Source of the DNA: a cyanobacterium endosymbiont of Epithemia clementina EcSB
GTDB lineage: Bacteria; Cyanobacteriota; Cyanobacteriia; Cyanobacteriales; Microcystaceae
Length of the DNA: 32,000 bases
Assembly (NCBI RefSeq): GCF_029919255.1
Contig: NZ_CP123991.1
Span: forward strand, 1,929,833 to 1,961,832
Reading direction: 5' to 3'
Of the stretch, positions 19,155 through 28,982 are shown in pieces. The notes under the pieces were generated by a model that saw only the letters and a program-made list of their open reading frames with translations, had not been told where the DNA came from and ran no database searches. Each line of letters starts with the position of its first letter. Positions within the stretch are counted from its first letter, which is position 1. The position numbers and the translations under genes are program-made.

Positions 19155-20204
19155 ATGGAAAAAGTTCTAGTCGGTTTGTCAGGGGGTGTTGATAGTTCTG
19201 TTGCGGCTGCTAGTCTTCAGCATCAAGGTTATGAAGTTATTGGGTTAACCCTATGGTTAATGAAAGGGAAAGGACAATGTTGTTCAGAGGGAATGGTAGA
19301 TGCAGCTTTAATTTGCGAACAGTTGAGTATTCCCCACCATATTGTTGATAGTCGTGATGTATTTCAAGCTAATATTGTCGATTATTTAGTGTCAGGTTAT
19401 GAGTCAGGGATAACGCCTCTTCCCTGTTCCAAATGTAATAAGGTGATCAAATTTGGCCCTATGTTAGAATATGCTAAACAAAAATTAGAGTGCAATCGCA
19501 TCGCCACTGGTCATTATGCACGTGTTCGCTACGATGAAGTTAATCAGCGCTATCAATTATTACGAGCAGTTGATTGTAATAAAGATCAGTCTTACTTCCT
19601 CTATGATCTTTCCCAAGAAATGTTAGCGGGAACTATTTTTCCTTTGGGAAATCAAACCAAGGAAGAAACCAGAAAAATTGCTAATGAATTCAATTTGAAA
19701 ACCGCAAGTAAACCTGAAAGTCAAGATTTATGTTTAATTGAAGCTTATGGATCTATGAAAACTTTTTTGGATCAACGTATTACTCAAAAAGAGGGGGATA
19801 TTGTTAGTCTCGACGGCAAAGTATTAGGAAAACATCAAGGAGTTCATCACTATACTGTTGGACAACGTAAAGGCTTAGGCATTGCTGCAACTGAGCCCTT
19901 ATATGTAATAAAACTCGATCCCGTAACAAACCGGGTTATTGTTGCTAATCGTGGCAATGCAGGATGTTCTGATTGTATTGTAAATAGAATGAATTGGATT
20001 TCAATTCCTGAACCCTCTTCTCCTATTCAGGTAGAAACTCAAATTCGCTATCGTTCTCCTGCAGTTCCAGTTGATGTTGTTCCTTTGGATAATCATCGTA
20101 TCAAATTAGTCTTTTATGAGCCTCAATTTGGGATTACTCCAGGTCAAGCAGCAGTTTTATATGATGGGGAAATTGTATTAGGAGGCGGTATTATTGAAAG
20201 ATAA
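19155..20204 (+). CDS. mnmA: tRNA-specific 2-thiouridylase MnmA
   Basis: It has the PP-loop [15 protein letters not shown], plus [29 protein letters not shown], and GQA.VLYDGE.VLGGGII at the C-terminus. Confidence 0.95.
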   Translation: MEKVLVGLSGGVDSSVAAASLQHQGYEVIGLTLWLMKGKGQCCSEGMVDAALICEQLSIPHHIVDSRDVFQANIVDYLVSGYESGITPLPCSKCNKVIKFGPMLEYAKQKLECNRIATGHYARVRYDEVNQRYQLLRAVDCNKDQSYFLYDLSQEMLAGTIFPLGNQTKEETRKIANEFNLKTASKPESQDLCLIEAYGSMKTFLDQRITQKEGDIVSLDGKVLGKHQGVHHYTVGQRKGLGIAATEPLYVIKLDPVTNRVIVANRGNAGCSDCIVNRMNWISIPEPSSPIQVETQIRYRSPAVPVDVVPLDNHRIKLVFYEPQFGITPGQAAVLYDGEIVLGGGIIER

Positions 20205-20524
20205 AAGCCTATTTATATATAAAGTGTATTGAAAATAAGGTTCAATGTCATCTGTCGAGAAGGGTTCAAATAAATTTTGAGTATTCTCCAAACATGAGAT
20301 TGTGTGGTGTTATTTTTTATGAACGAATCAGTATTAATATTTAAGTAATCCCTGAAATCAAGCCAAACATTTGTTTTTAACTATATAGAGTAATTTTACT
20401 GATATCCTTAGAAAGGTATACCTAGAAAAGGAAGATGGCAAGATTCAGAGTAATAGGTCCAAAAAGAAATTTAAATCAACCTTCTTAAGAGCTTTACGTA
20501 GTAATTAACTTTAATTATTTTAGT

Positions 20525-20720
20525 TCTTCTAGACTGGCTGTGATAACAGCGTAATAAACAAAAGTTAAAAGTTTTGCTTTGTAAAGTTTCCAAGATTACG
20601 AAAACTTAATTTTGGTAAGAATTGAGTTTCTGGAGTTTAGAAAATTCAATTAAAATAAGAATTCTGAAAGTCATTAGCTACTAATTTAGTATACGTTAGG
20701 CTAGATAAGCCATGATTCTT
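20525..20720 (+). repeat. Copy 2 of the diverged direct repeat flanking mnmA
   Basis: See copy 1. This copy carries a ~34-nt insertion after TCTTCTAGACT relative to copy 1. Confidence 0.6.
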
Positions 20721-21146
20721 TTGTCATTTTTTTAAAAAAAACTTAACCAATAATTGCTTAAAAAACAACAGAAAAAACTCTCTATGGTTAGTAAGATTTA
20801 TAAAGAAGTGAAAAAGAAATTTAACCCTTTTAAAAAAATACAGTTTTTACTATCAGATTTAATATCGCTTTTAGCATTATTGAGCTCATTAGTTTTCAAG
20901 TTTCATTAGCTTAAGCTAGTGTAGTAAGTTTAGTCGGTAGCCGGTACGGCAAATTTGCTGTTGTTTATTTAAAATGCTACTTCCTTAGACTTTTTTAAAA
21001 TTTTTATTTTATATCTTTTAAATTTCATCTCTTTGAGAGACCATAAACCCAAGATTGCAACAATAGACTGACTGTTCCCTTGAATAGGGTAGTCTTAAGA
21101 AAGATGAAGGTATTATCCTAAGCTAGGTAATGTTTACCCTAGAAGG

Positions 21147-21217
21147 CATTGATAAGCTTATCAATGTTCTTAGCACAATACATAGTGCATTGCACTATGC
21201 TATAGTTTATCTGTGCT
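21147..21217. repeat. Cluster of nested inverted repeats
   Basis: The cluster holds CATTGATAAGCTTATCAATG (20-bp palindrome, 21147-21166). It also holds TAGCACA...TGTGCTA enclosing CATAGTGCA-T-TGCACTATG (21181-21199). It lies about 125-195 nt downstream of the small secreted-protein gene (minus strand). Confidence 0.7.
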
Positions 21218-21341
21218 ATGCTCCAAAAAGCATTAATGACAGTTATTTAATTCCTGAAAAAAGTACGTGATAACTCAGTCCCCTTTTGACTACATTCTTA
21301 GCGAGAACACATCTAACAAAAAATTTTAGCTCATCTCTTGT

Positions 21342-21662
21342 TTATTCTGGAGTTGCTGATTCAAGGAGAAAATACTCACCATTTTTCTTAAAAACAAGAA
21401 TGCGATCACCTCGATCAATTGATGTCCCTGGATGATGAAATCTCAATTTTGTATTATCCTCAAGCTTTACAAATAAAACACTACCATAAGGCCCTGAAAT
21501 AATTCCAACAATAGTCCCTGACTGGTAGGGACTATCGTACCCTAAATTTGGGTTAGCAGCTCTCTCTTCTAAATTCAATTGGCGAACAGTTTGAGCGTTC
21601 GCTATGGTAGTCACGCAAACCAGAGCCATCATGCCCATCAATATATTGAAAATTCTCTTCAT
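21342..21662 (-). CDS. Hypothetical small secreted protein (106 aa)
   Basis: ATG 21662 is preceded by GAGGGA 6 nt upstream and followed by a classic signal peptide, MKRIFNILMGMMALVCVTTIANA-Q. The longer 173-aa track ORF adds an AT-rich, low-complexity extension that overlaps the upstream kinase gene. No family was recognised. Confidence 0.55.
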   Translation of the reverse strand: MKRIFNILMGMMALVCVTTIANAQTVRQLNLEERAANPNLGYDSPYQSGTIVGIISGPYGSVLFVKLEDNTKLRFHHPGTSIDRGDRILVFKKNGEYFLLESATPE

Positions 21663-21855
21663 GGTAATTCCCTCTAAGTAGGAGAAACGCCCCTTTGTTT
21701 CCCTTTCTTCAACTCTAGAAGGATTTTTTATCTCACACCATAAAGATAAGATTATAACTACAAGATATGACAACAAACAACGACTGTAAAAAAAATAATA
21801 GTTGTTAAGAACATTTAAATTAAAGAGATAAGTTTGAATCTCAATTAAACAACTA

Positions 21856-22722
21856 TTAATCATTAACTATTTTAGACATCCATTGACGAGTTCCGAAATA
21901 CTGACAAGCAATGGAGGCAACTTGAGAAGCTTCTGCTATAGAATCCTTAAAATTGTGTTTTAGAATAAAATGACAAAAAGCTCCATGAAAAATATCTCCA
22001 GCTCCTAATGTATCAACCGCTTTGATTTTTGACACTTTAATATTTCCTGATTCCTCGTTAGTCCAATATTGAACTGGATTTGCTCCTTTAGTAATAGCAA
22101 TATAAGGAATTTTAAACCATTTTAAATAGTTAAATACATCGAGAGAACTAAGACAATTAGGGGGATAAAAATTGTCAGAGCAAATCGCATAATTTACGTA
22201 AGGAAGAACTTTTGGTAATCCAGATTTCCAGCTTCCTCCATCTAAAACAACGGGAATTTTTAACCGTTGCGCTTCTTTGGCAATCATAATACTCGTAGAT
22301 ATTTGATGCCCGTCTACTAAGATAACATCAACATCCTGTAATTTTTCCAAAAAAAGTTCATTATTAATAATGGCTGTAGATTTGGTAGCATTTATCGAGA
22401 CAACAGCCCGTTCTCCTGTCGTTTGGTTAACAATAATTGAAGAAGTAGATAAAGGGTTTTGTTGATAGGGATTCAGATCAAAAACCTTGACTGAATACTC
22501 GTTTAATTCAGCATAAATTAATTGACTAATGGGATGATTTCCAATCACACTTAATAAGGTGGCTCGATTACCAAAATATCTAAAAGTGATAGCCGCATTC
22601 GTTGCTGGTCCACCCGCAGAAATTGTTTCATCAATGGCTACAATTTTTTCATTACTGTGGGGAAAGTGATCGGTAAGATAAATTAAATCTAGGGTTGTTA
22701 AACCGATAAATAATCCATTCAT
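21856..22722 (-). CDS. PfkB-family carbohydrate kinase (ribokinase-like)
   Basis: It has the N-terminal G-rich sugar-binding pattern (IGLTTLDLIY ... SAGGPATNAA) and the C-terminal PfkB signature AVDTLGAGDIFHGAF. Confidence 0.85.
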   Translation of the reverse strand: MNGLFIGLTTLDLIYLTDHFPHSNEKIVAIDETISAGGPATNAAITFRYFGNRATLLSVIGNHPISQLIYAELNEYSVKVFDLNPYQQNPLSTSSIIVNQTTGERAVVSINATKSTAIINNELFLEKLQDVDVILVDGHQISTSIMIAKEAQRLKIPVVLDGGSWKSGLPKVLPYVNYAICSDNFYPPNCLSSLDVFNYLKWFKIPYIAITKGANPVQYWTNEESGNIKVSKIKAVDTLGAGDIFHGAFCHFILKHNFKDSIAEASQVASIACQYFGTRQWMSKIVND

Positions 22723-22733
22723 GAGTTGTAAAA

Positions 22734-23603
22734 ATGAGCAATGAAATCCTACAAACAGGAACCCTTTATGTTGTCGGAACCCCCATTGGTAATTTGGAAG
22801 ATATGACCTTAAGGGCGATTCGTATTCTAAAATCAGTGAATTTGATCGCCGCAGAAGATACCCGTCACACAGGAAAACTCCTACATTATTTCCAAATTAA
22901 CACTCCCCAGATAAGTTATCACCAACATAATCGATTGTCTCGTCAAGATGAGTTAATTAGCTATCTACAACGCGAAAAAACTATTGCTTTAGTCACTGAC
23001 GCAGGAATGCCAGGTATTTCTGATCCAGGGTATGAATTAATTAAAGCTTGTATTGATAAAAATATTGCTACTATTCCGATTTCCGGGGCGAATGCTGCCA
23101 TCATAGCCCTATCTGTTTCGGGTCTACCTACGGATCGGTTTGTTTTTGAAGGGTTTCTTTCCACGAAAAGCAAAATTAGGGGCGATCGTTTAACGTCTTT
23201 GAAGACGGAAACTCGTACCCTAATTTTTTACGAGTCCCCCCATCGTCTATTACAAACTTTGACCGATTTAAGGGCAGTTTTCGGAGAAAATCGTTTAATT
23301 ACAGTAGCTAGAGAATTAACGAAATTATATGAAGAATTATGGCGAGGAATCCTAGGGGAAGCAATCAACCGTTTTCAAGATTCACGACATCTGAAAGGGG
23401 AATTTACCTTAATTATAGCAGGATGTCAGGCAACCTCCAACTTAATATTAACTGAAGAACAATTAAAGAAAGAATTAAGACAATTGTTAGACGGAGGAAT
23501 GACGCGATCACAAGCGAGTCGTCATCTGGCACAATTAACCTCTTTTAACCGTCGTCAAATTTATGAGTTATCTTTAGAAATTAATAGTTCTAGTCAAGAT
23601 TAA
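22734..23603 (+). CDS. rsmI: 16S rRNA (cytidine1402-2'-O)-methyltransferase RsmI
   Basis: Motifs seen: GTLYVVGTPIGNLEDMTLRAIRILK.V.LIAAEDTRHTGKLL, SDAGMPGISDPGYELI, PGANA, FEGFL, IFYESPHRL, and ARELTKLYEE. Confidence 0.93.
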   Translation: MSNEILQTGTLYVVGTPIGNLEDMTLRAIRILKSVNLIAAEDTRHTGKLLHYFQINTPQISYHQHNRLSRQDELISYLQREKTIALVTDAGMPGISDPGYELIKACIDKNIATIPISGANAAIIALSVSGLPTDRFVFEGFLSTKSKIRGDRLTSLKTETRTLIFYESPHRLLQTLTDLRAVFGENRLITVARELTKLYEELWRGILGEAINRFQDSRHLKGEFTLIIAGCQATSNLILTEEQLKKELRQLLDGGMTRSQASRHLAQLTSFNRRQIYELSLEINSSSQD

Positions 23604-23689
23604 AATTTCCAAAATATATAGATATTACTCATTTAATAAAATTACTATTTTTAGTTTTTAACTTTGGAGTATTTATAATTACACTTTTT

Positions 23690-24174
23690 ATGTATCAGGC
23701 TGGGTTCTTCCGATAATTCACAATCTGAATAACCTAGTAACTTTTTTATAAAATGGAGAACCCCATGCTGAAGTAAAAAAATGAGCCAGCAGTTTTAATC
23801 GGTAATTATCTCTACTCTGATATGTTTCCCCTGTCTAAATAGATTCAAATTGTCTCTGACATTGCCAGAAGAGGAATAGCAAGACTTGCGACACAATGGA
23901 GGATAACTAGACAACTTTTTAGAGTTAACTACGGGAATTTAAGAGATAATTTGAATCTCACGACCTTTACATCTGAACAAATTGATGAGATAGAAACTAA
24001 GTGCATTGGTCTATCTTTTGTAGAAAAACTTTAACTTTTGATGGACAACAATTTGCTCTTCACCTTATCATACCTAATATTTACTTTCGCGTGACAACCG
24101 CTTATTATACCTTTCGTTATTGCGGCGCATAAATTGGTAAACATGATTATCTCAGTTCTGCTCAGAATTTATGA
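23690..24174 (+). pseudogene. DUF1993-family gene fossil (many stops and at least 2 frameshifts)
   Basis: From ATG 23690 one frame reads MYQAGFFR*FTI*IT**LFYKMENPMLK*KNEPAVLIGNYLYSDMFPLSK*IQIVSDIARRGIARLA. A shifted frame then gives MEDN*TTF. A third frame gives TLTFDGQQFALHLIIPNIYFRVTTAYYTFRYCGA*IGKHDYLS. These are collinear with the DUF1993 pattern recalled from memory (MxLYQAS.P.F...L.NL..IL.K...HA....DPAVLL..RLAPDMFPL..Q.QIASD.AKG.AARLAG....FEDNETTF ... LTF.G..YL..F.LPNFYFHVTTAY.ILR..GV.IGK.DYLG). The 485-nt length fits a ~165-aa protein. Confidence 0.75.
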
Positions 24175-24703
24175 TAATTATCATAGTGTATGCATTTTTA
24201 GCCCAATTTAAGGTAAATATTCAGCTTTTTAAGTAAAAAAATATTTAAACATTGTTTAATGGTAATTAAGTACAAGCTTTTTAAAATGTTATAATCAAGC
24301 AACTATAAATGTTTTAAAATTGTCCAAAATAATATTAATTTTATTGGTTTATTACATTTATTTATGGTGAGCAAAATCAAGGAATAGCTATTTTAAAATA
24401 GCCATATTTATATCATGCACTGAGTCCCAATTAATGTAAAATAGTTCTGCTATATTCATTTTTATTAGAAACTATATTTTTACTTTTCTTTTAAAAGAAA
24501 TCGTAAGAAATGTCTTTAGTCTGCGCATTAATCACAAGGATAGTACTAACTTTTTCTGTTGTTTTTTGTACGTCAATAGTATTATTGCTATCCATAATAG
24601 TTATAAAAAAAATAGAACAGAAACTATTTATGATAATAAAATATGCACTTATCTGAGCCTAAATGAACAGGTTTAGTTACAGTTTGATAGTTAAAATTCT
24701 GTG

Positions 24704-24734
24704 ACTAGTTAATAGACTTAATCTATTAACTAGT
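24704..24734. repeat. Hairpin, 13-bp arms and 5-nt loop
   Basis: ACTAGTTAATAGA, loop CTTAA, then TCTATTAACTAGT. Confidence 0.85.
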
Positions 24735-25054
24735 TTAAATATGACACATAATAATTGTTTTAAACAATGACTAATTTAAGTGCTAATTTTAGAATTATAA
24801 CAACAAAAAAATACACTTTAATAGGAGTTAAATGAAACTTTAAAAATCTAATGAAATTTAGTACTATAAACTTAGTTAAATTTCAAGAATACTAGTTTTA
24901 GATTAAAAAGTAGAGTTGTTTTAAAAAATTAATCTTTATGGTTAACTAAACTCTTGACTACCTCAATGTTAATTCCTAACTCCCAAAAATCACTAGAAAT
25001 CGTGTATAATGACAGTTTTGGAGTAACTATGTATTTTAGGAGAAAATCTGTTAT

Positions 25055-25663
25055 ATGTCTCGTTATAGAGGACCTCGCTTAAGAGTTGTACGACGACTAG
25101 GAGAACTCCCTGGCTTAAGTCGCAAAACCCCCCGTCGTGCTTATCCCCCAGGGCAACACGGACAAGGACGTAGAAAGCGTTCAGAATACGCTATTCGTCT
25201 CGAAGAAAAACAAAAACTGCGCTTTAACTATGGCGTAACAGAAGGTCAACTAGTACGCTATGTAAAAAAAGCTCGTCAAGCTACAGGTTCTACCGGTCAA
25301 AAACTTCTAGAATTGCTAGAAATGCGCCTTGATAATACAGTGTTTCGCTTAGGGATGGCGGGAACAATTCCAGGAGCCCGTCAGTTAGTCTCTCACGGTC
25401 ATGTTACCGTTAATGGCAAAGTTGTTGATATCCCTAGTTATCAGTGCCGTCCTGGGGAAGTAATCTCAGTTCGTAATCAGGATCGTTCTCGTCGCCTAGT
25501 AGAGGCGAATATGGAATACCCTGGTCTGGCCAACCTTCCAAGTCATTTAGATTTTGATAAAAATACCTTGACAGGAAAAGTCAATGGAATTATCGAACGG
25601 GAATGGATAGCTTTACAAATTAATGAATTGTTGGTAGTTGAGTATTATTCTCGGAAAGCTTAG
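25055..25663 (+). CDS. rpsD: 30S ribosomal protein S4
   Basis: [23 protein letters not shown] ... [21 protein letters not shown] ... LE.RLDN.VFRLG.A.T...ARQLV.HGH..VNGK.V.IPSY. The 202-aa length fits. AGGAG lies 12 nt upstream of the ATG. Confidence 0.97.
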   Translation: MSRYRGPRLRVVRRLGELPGLSRKTPRRAYPPGQHGQGRRKRSEYAIRLEEKQKLRFNYGVTEGQLVRYVKKARQATGSTGQKLLELLEMRLDNTVFRLGMAGTIPGARQLVSHGHVTVNGKVVDIPSYQCRPGEVISVRNQDRSRRLVEANMEYPGLANLPSHLDFDKNTLTGKVNGIIEREWIALQINELLVVEYYSRKA

Positions 25664-25669
25664 AAGAGT

Positions 25670-25698
25670 ATTGGATAACTTCAATAGTTGTCCAATTT
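25670..25698 (+). terminator. Hairpin immediately after the rpsD stop
   Basis: ATTGGATAACT (25670-25680), loop TCAAT, then AGTTGTCCAAT (25686-25696). The 11-bp stem has one A/G mismatch and is followed by TTTACT. The U-tract is weak. Confidence 0.4.
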
Positions 25699-26086
25699 AC
25701 TCATGAACTTCGATTATTTAACTTGACTTAAAAATTTTAAAAATAATAAATATAAAATCTTTTGATCCTATCAAAGTTTATCTCCAATAATCGAGTCTTT
25801 TTTACAGTTATTTATAGTTTTTCAGGGATTTGGGTTACCTCGCAATGTAGTGATGATATCACCAACGGTGTAGTTCTCTTTCTTAAAAAAACCTTTATGA
25901 CCTTAATAATTATGTAGAGTCATTGCCAGAGACTAGGGCAAAAGTTAATTACTAGACAACTTATTTTTATTGTATACGCACTTAACAAAATCATAAACTT
26001 ATGTAGTTTAAGGAAATTAATCCTCTATTTCATTGAAACTATCCTTTTCAGGATTTACTTGGGAATTAAGAAAGTGTAATTACAAA

Positions 26087-26788
26087 TCAATCGGTTCTTG
26101 TTACTTCGTCGGTTCCAAAGGTTTCAACTAATCGTACTAGCGGTGACCGAGATACAGGGGCGGCTATGATGGTACTTCTTTCTGTTAGCCAAGGGCTAAC
26201 CGTTGACACCAGACTGCTAAGTCACTTTACTATACCCACCAAGAATTTTGGGTTAGTCTTTTTGGGGTTCTTTAACTAAAGTTTGGACAATGTCATAGAA
26301 GAAGATAGGTTTGATCGAGCAAAACCTTTTAACTTTCCGACCATATCCGCATAGGTGAGAGAAGGAGGCAAAACAACCACTCGGACATTATAGGGAACTA
26401 GTTATTCTCATAAGGCTTAAGTAAAGCCCGAAAGAGTCAATTTAGTTTTCAGATGAGTTGCGATGGTGGGGCGGCAATTTTTCCTATTAAACTCGCTCGA
26501 AAATTTTATTGGGTCATACATCGGGCTACAAACCGAGTAATGCCATGGGTTTCCATTAAATTGATAGCCAATTCATTGTCAATTTGAGATAATCGAGTTA
26601 TCAAAAAAGAACTTTATTCTTATCAGGCTTGACTAATAGTTTTGATTGACAGTAGTAAGTTTAAGTTTGGCATTGCGGACTACCAATAATAGACGTCTGA
26701 AATCATGGCAAGCCAATTCAAGAGGGCCCACTCGTCTAATCCTACGGAAAGCCCCTGTGACTATTACTGTTTTTCCTGAAATTTTCAT
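26087..26788 (-). pseudogene. Short-chain dehydrogenase/reductase (SDR) fossil: 8 in-frame stops, no net frameshift
   Basis: From ATG 26788 the minus strand reads MKISGKTVIVTGAFRRIRRVGPLELACHDFRRLLLVVRNAKLKLTTVNQNY*, a decayed TGxxxGIG Rossmann start. The same frame continues through ..SNLSSSMTLSKL*LKN.. (decayed YxxxK) and ..VSTVSPWLTE.. (decayed PG..T) to the stop at 26087. I checked codon phase at 26368 and 26089. The span is 234 codons, a typical SDR length. Confidence 0.75.
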
Positions 26789-27267
26789 ATTCAACACCTC
26801 AACTCAATTCAAAATATTAGGGGTTAGGCGCATAAAGATTTTGTACTCGTTTCATGGGAGATGAGTACAGAGGGGATTCTTCCTACACGTTTCAAGAATT
26901 GAAAAGAACTTAGACCGCAACAAGCATTTAAAATTAATTAGTTAATGACTATTACTTAGGGGCGTTAACCTTAAATTCCATTTAATCTATCTCTTTTTCT
27001 GACTAATTCCTACGCTAAAGATGTGTACATACTCGCATATAAAATAGGATTACCGCTAACTGTTTTATCGTAACTTTTTTTCTTCCACAAAAAACTTTTG
27101 TCTATGATGTCGTCACTACTTTATAAATGAAAGAGTAAAAGAGTATAAGAGACTAAATATTGGTTCTAATAGGATATTGATGGTACGTATCTTTGATACG
27201 AGAGTTGACCGGATTGACCTGAATAACAAAGTTAAGTAACCAAATCAAAGATTAAAAATAAATCTTC

Positions 27268-27323
27268 ATAATTATAGCTAGTCTATCCACTCTAATAAGA
27301 GTGGATAGACTAGCTATAATTAT
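27268..27323. repeat. Perfect hairpin, 26-bp arms and 4-nt loop
   Basis: ATAATTATAGCTAGTCTATCCACTCT (27268-27293), loop AATA, then AGAGTGGATAGACTAGCTATAATTAT (27298-27323). Confidence 0.95.
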
Positions 27324-28398
27324 ATTCATCTGTTACTAAATTTATATACTAAATTAATAGGTTTATTCATAGTTCTATAATTTGGAAATTATTGGGCTTA
27401 CAAATATTGTTCTAATTTTGATCGATAGTTTTTATTGATATTAAGATAATATGGAAATACAAATATAGTTTTTTTCTATGAATTTTATTGTTTTTATGAC
27501 TTTCTCAACTTATTATCAATACTTTCTACAGTTCCCTGAGTTGTTGATAAATTCATATAGGCAATGATTTTCCAATCTGACGTCTAATTTACAATTGTTT
27601 AGCATCTAGCTCTAATAAATAAGATTTATTAAACTAATTAACTAACTCTAATAGTCCTTAAATTTAGTCTATTTTTTTTAAAAACCTGTTATAAATTACT
27701 ATTTATATTAGAGCATTTTGAAGAATACTGACTGAGTTTTATACACTTAGTTTAATTTGTATTTTTGTTTGCTACTTATATTTTATATATCCCCGATAAT
27801 AGCAAATTTTGTCTTATTTAAAATTGCTATTTTTTCAAGCTAGCAATTTTAAATTTTCTATCTTCTTGTTTAAGAACTTATTTCTGACTATATGGTCAAA
27901 GATTAATTTTTTTCATTCTATAAAATTTATTTATTATTAATTTAGCTTGTGGCATGAATTTATAACATTATTACAAAATTTCCAAAGCTCTATACTAACT
28001 TCTTTTCTTTTTGTAAACACCTCTTTCCCTCAAACTTCTAGTTGTTCTACTATTTTCTTATATTTTCTCATTGCTATCATTTATAAATTTATTTATTTAT
28101 CTAATTTTACTAACACTAAATAATAACTTTCTTATTCTTTAATTAGAAAGTCTTTATCAATTGCCAGCCGTTTCAATAGCTGAGGCATTCTTATGTGTAA
28201 TTCTTAATTTAAATCTTTAAAAATTGTTTCTATTTCTTATTCAATTACTCCACTATCGCTATTTAAGATCTTTTCAATTAATTTGATCTTATTTGTATAT
28301 GTGCTTTGTTAAAAACACATAAGATAGTAAGCCGTTAATTTTTATATCGTTTATTACTTGATATTTGAAGTATTAAATTAGGTTTAAAAATTGCGTTT

Positions 28399-28440
28399 AA
28401 TATAGTATCTTAGCTATAAAGATAGCTAAGATACTATATT
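28399..28440. repeat. Perfect hairpin, 19-bp arms and 4-nt loop
   Basis: AATATAGTATCTTAGCTAT, loop AAAG, then ATAGCTAAGATACTATATT. Confidence 0.95.
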
Positions 28441-28497
28441 TATATCTTTTTTGGGGAAAATAGACTTATTTAAGCTCTAATTAACAATAGACATAAA

Positions 28498-28521
28498 CTC
28501 GTTAATCAGAAGATTAACGAG
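28498..28521. repeat. Hairpin, 10-bp arms and 4-nt loop
   Basis: CTCGTTAATC, loop AGAA, then GATTAACGAG. Confidence 0.8.
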
Positions 28522-28982
28522 CTCAGGATATAATAAGTTATCAGAATATTTTCTATTTATCCACTATAGTTAATTGATTTTACCATCTATTTTTTTTCTG
28601 TTCATGTTTATTTGAAAATAATTTTTAATTAAAAGTATAGATAACCTGACCTATCAAATCAATTAAATTAACCATGTACTTAAGAAAAAGATTCGTTTTT
28701 TTTAAAAAAATTCATAAAGAAGAAAAATATAATTCAAGATGTTCTTGAGTTATAAAAGGTTAAATCAGATGTATAAATAGCTACAGAAGTTACCATAATT
28801 TTTTGGCGAATTGTAAATAATGAAATTTAGTTATTCAACTAAACTTTAATACTTAATTTCTAAAGAAAAACTAAATTTATTCAACGTTTACAGAAGTTTT
28901 GACTAGCATAGGAGATGTATATGGCTTTAAAAAAAATTAAAGAATGTTATTCAAATCTCACTCATCATTAAATTAATCAACT

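Noticed and set aside
2198-20533. The 9-mer TCTTCTAGA occurs four times on the plus strand (2198, 8323, 18819, 20525).
   Set aside because: Two of the four belong to the mnmA-flanking repeat already reported. The other two share no flanking similarity. It is too short to support a motif claim without genome-wide statistics.
20925-20950. The string TAGTCGGTAGCCGG, which resembles a tRNA D-arm/D-loop.
   Set aside because: No acceptor stem, anticodon arm or GTTCRANYC T-loop can be built around it. I found no tRNA-like cloverleaf anywhere in the window.
21663-21863. N-terminal 67-aa extension of the 173-aa track ORF.
   Set aside because: The extension is low-complexity (NYYFFYSRCLLSYLVV..) and overlaps the 3' end of the kinase gene. 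An internal ATG at 21662 has a good SD and a canonical signal peptide.
24510-24656. 48-aa hydrophobic mini-ORF (MSLVCALITRIVLTFSVVFCTSIVLLLSIIVIKK..), plus a similar 31-aa ORF after hypD (30128-30223).
   Set aside because: T-rich DNA readily yields Leu/Ile/Phe/Val-rich ORFs. There is no SD and no conservation evidence available.
26646-26864. 72-aa plus-strand ORF.
   Set aside because: It runs antisense across the 5' end of the SDR fossil, whose minus-strand frame carries the Rossmann-type MKISGKTVIVTGA start. It is a chance open frame.
27842-27857. Identical 16-mer AGCAATTTTAAATTTT at 27842 and 31016, which I considered as a dispersed repeat.
   Set aside because: A rough expectation for 16-mer matches between about 15 kb of roughly 77% AT sequence and itself is several. 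The flanks do not align, so it is not significant.
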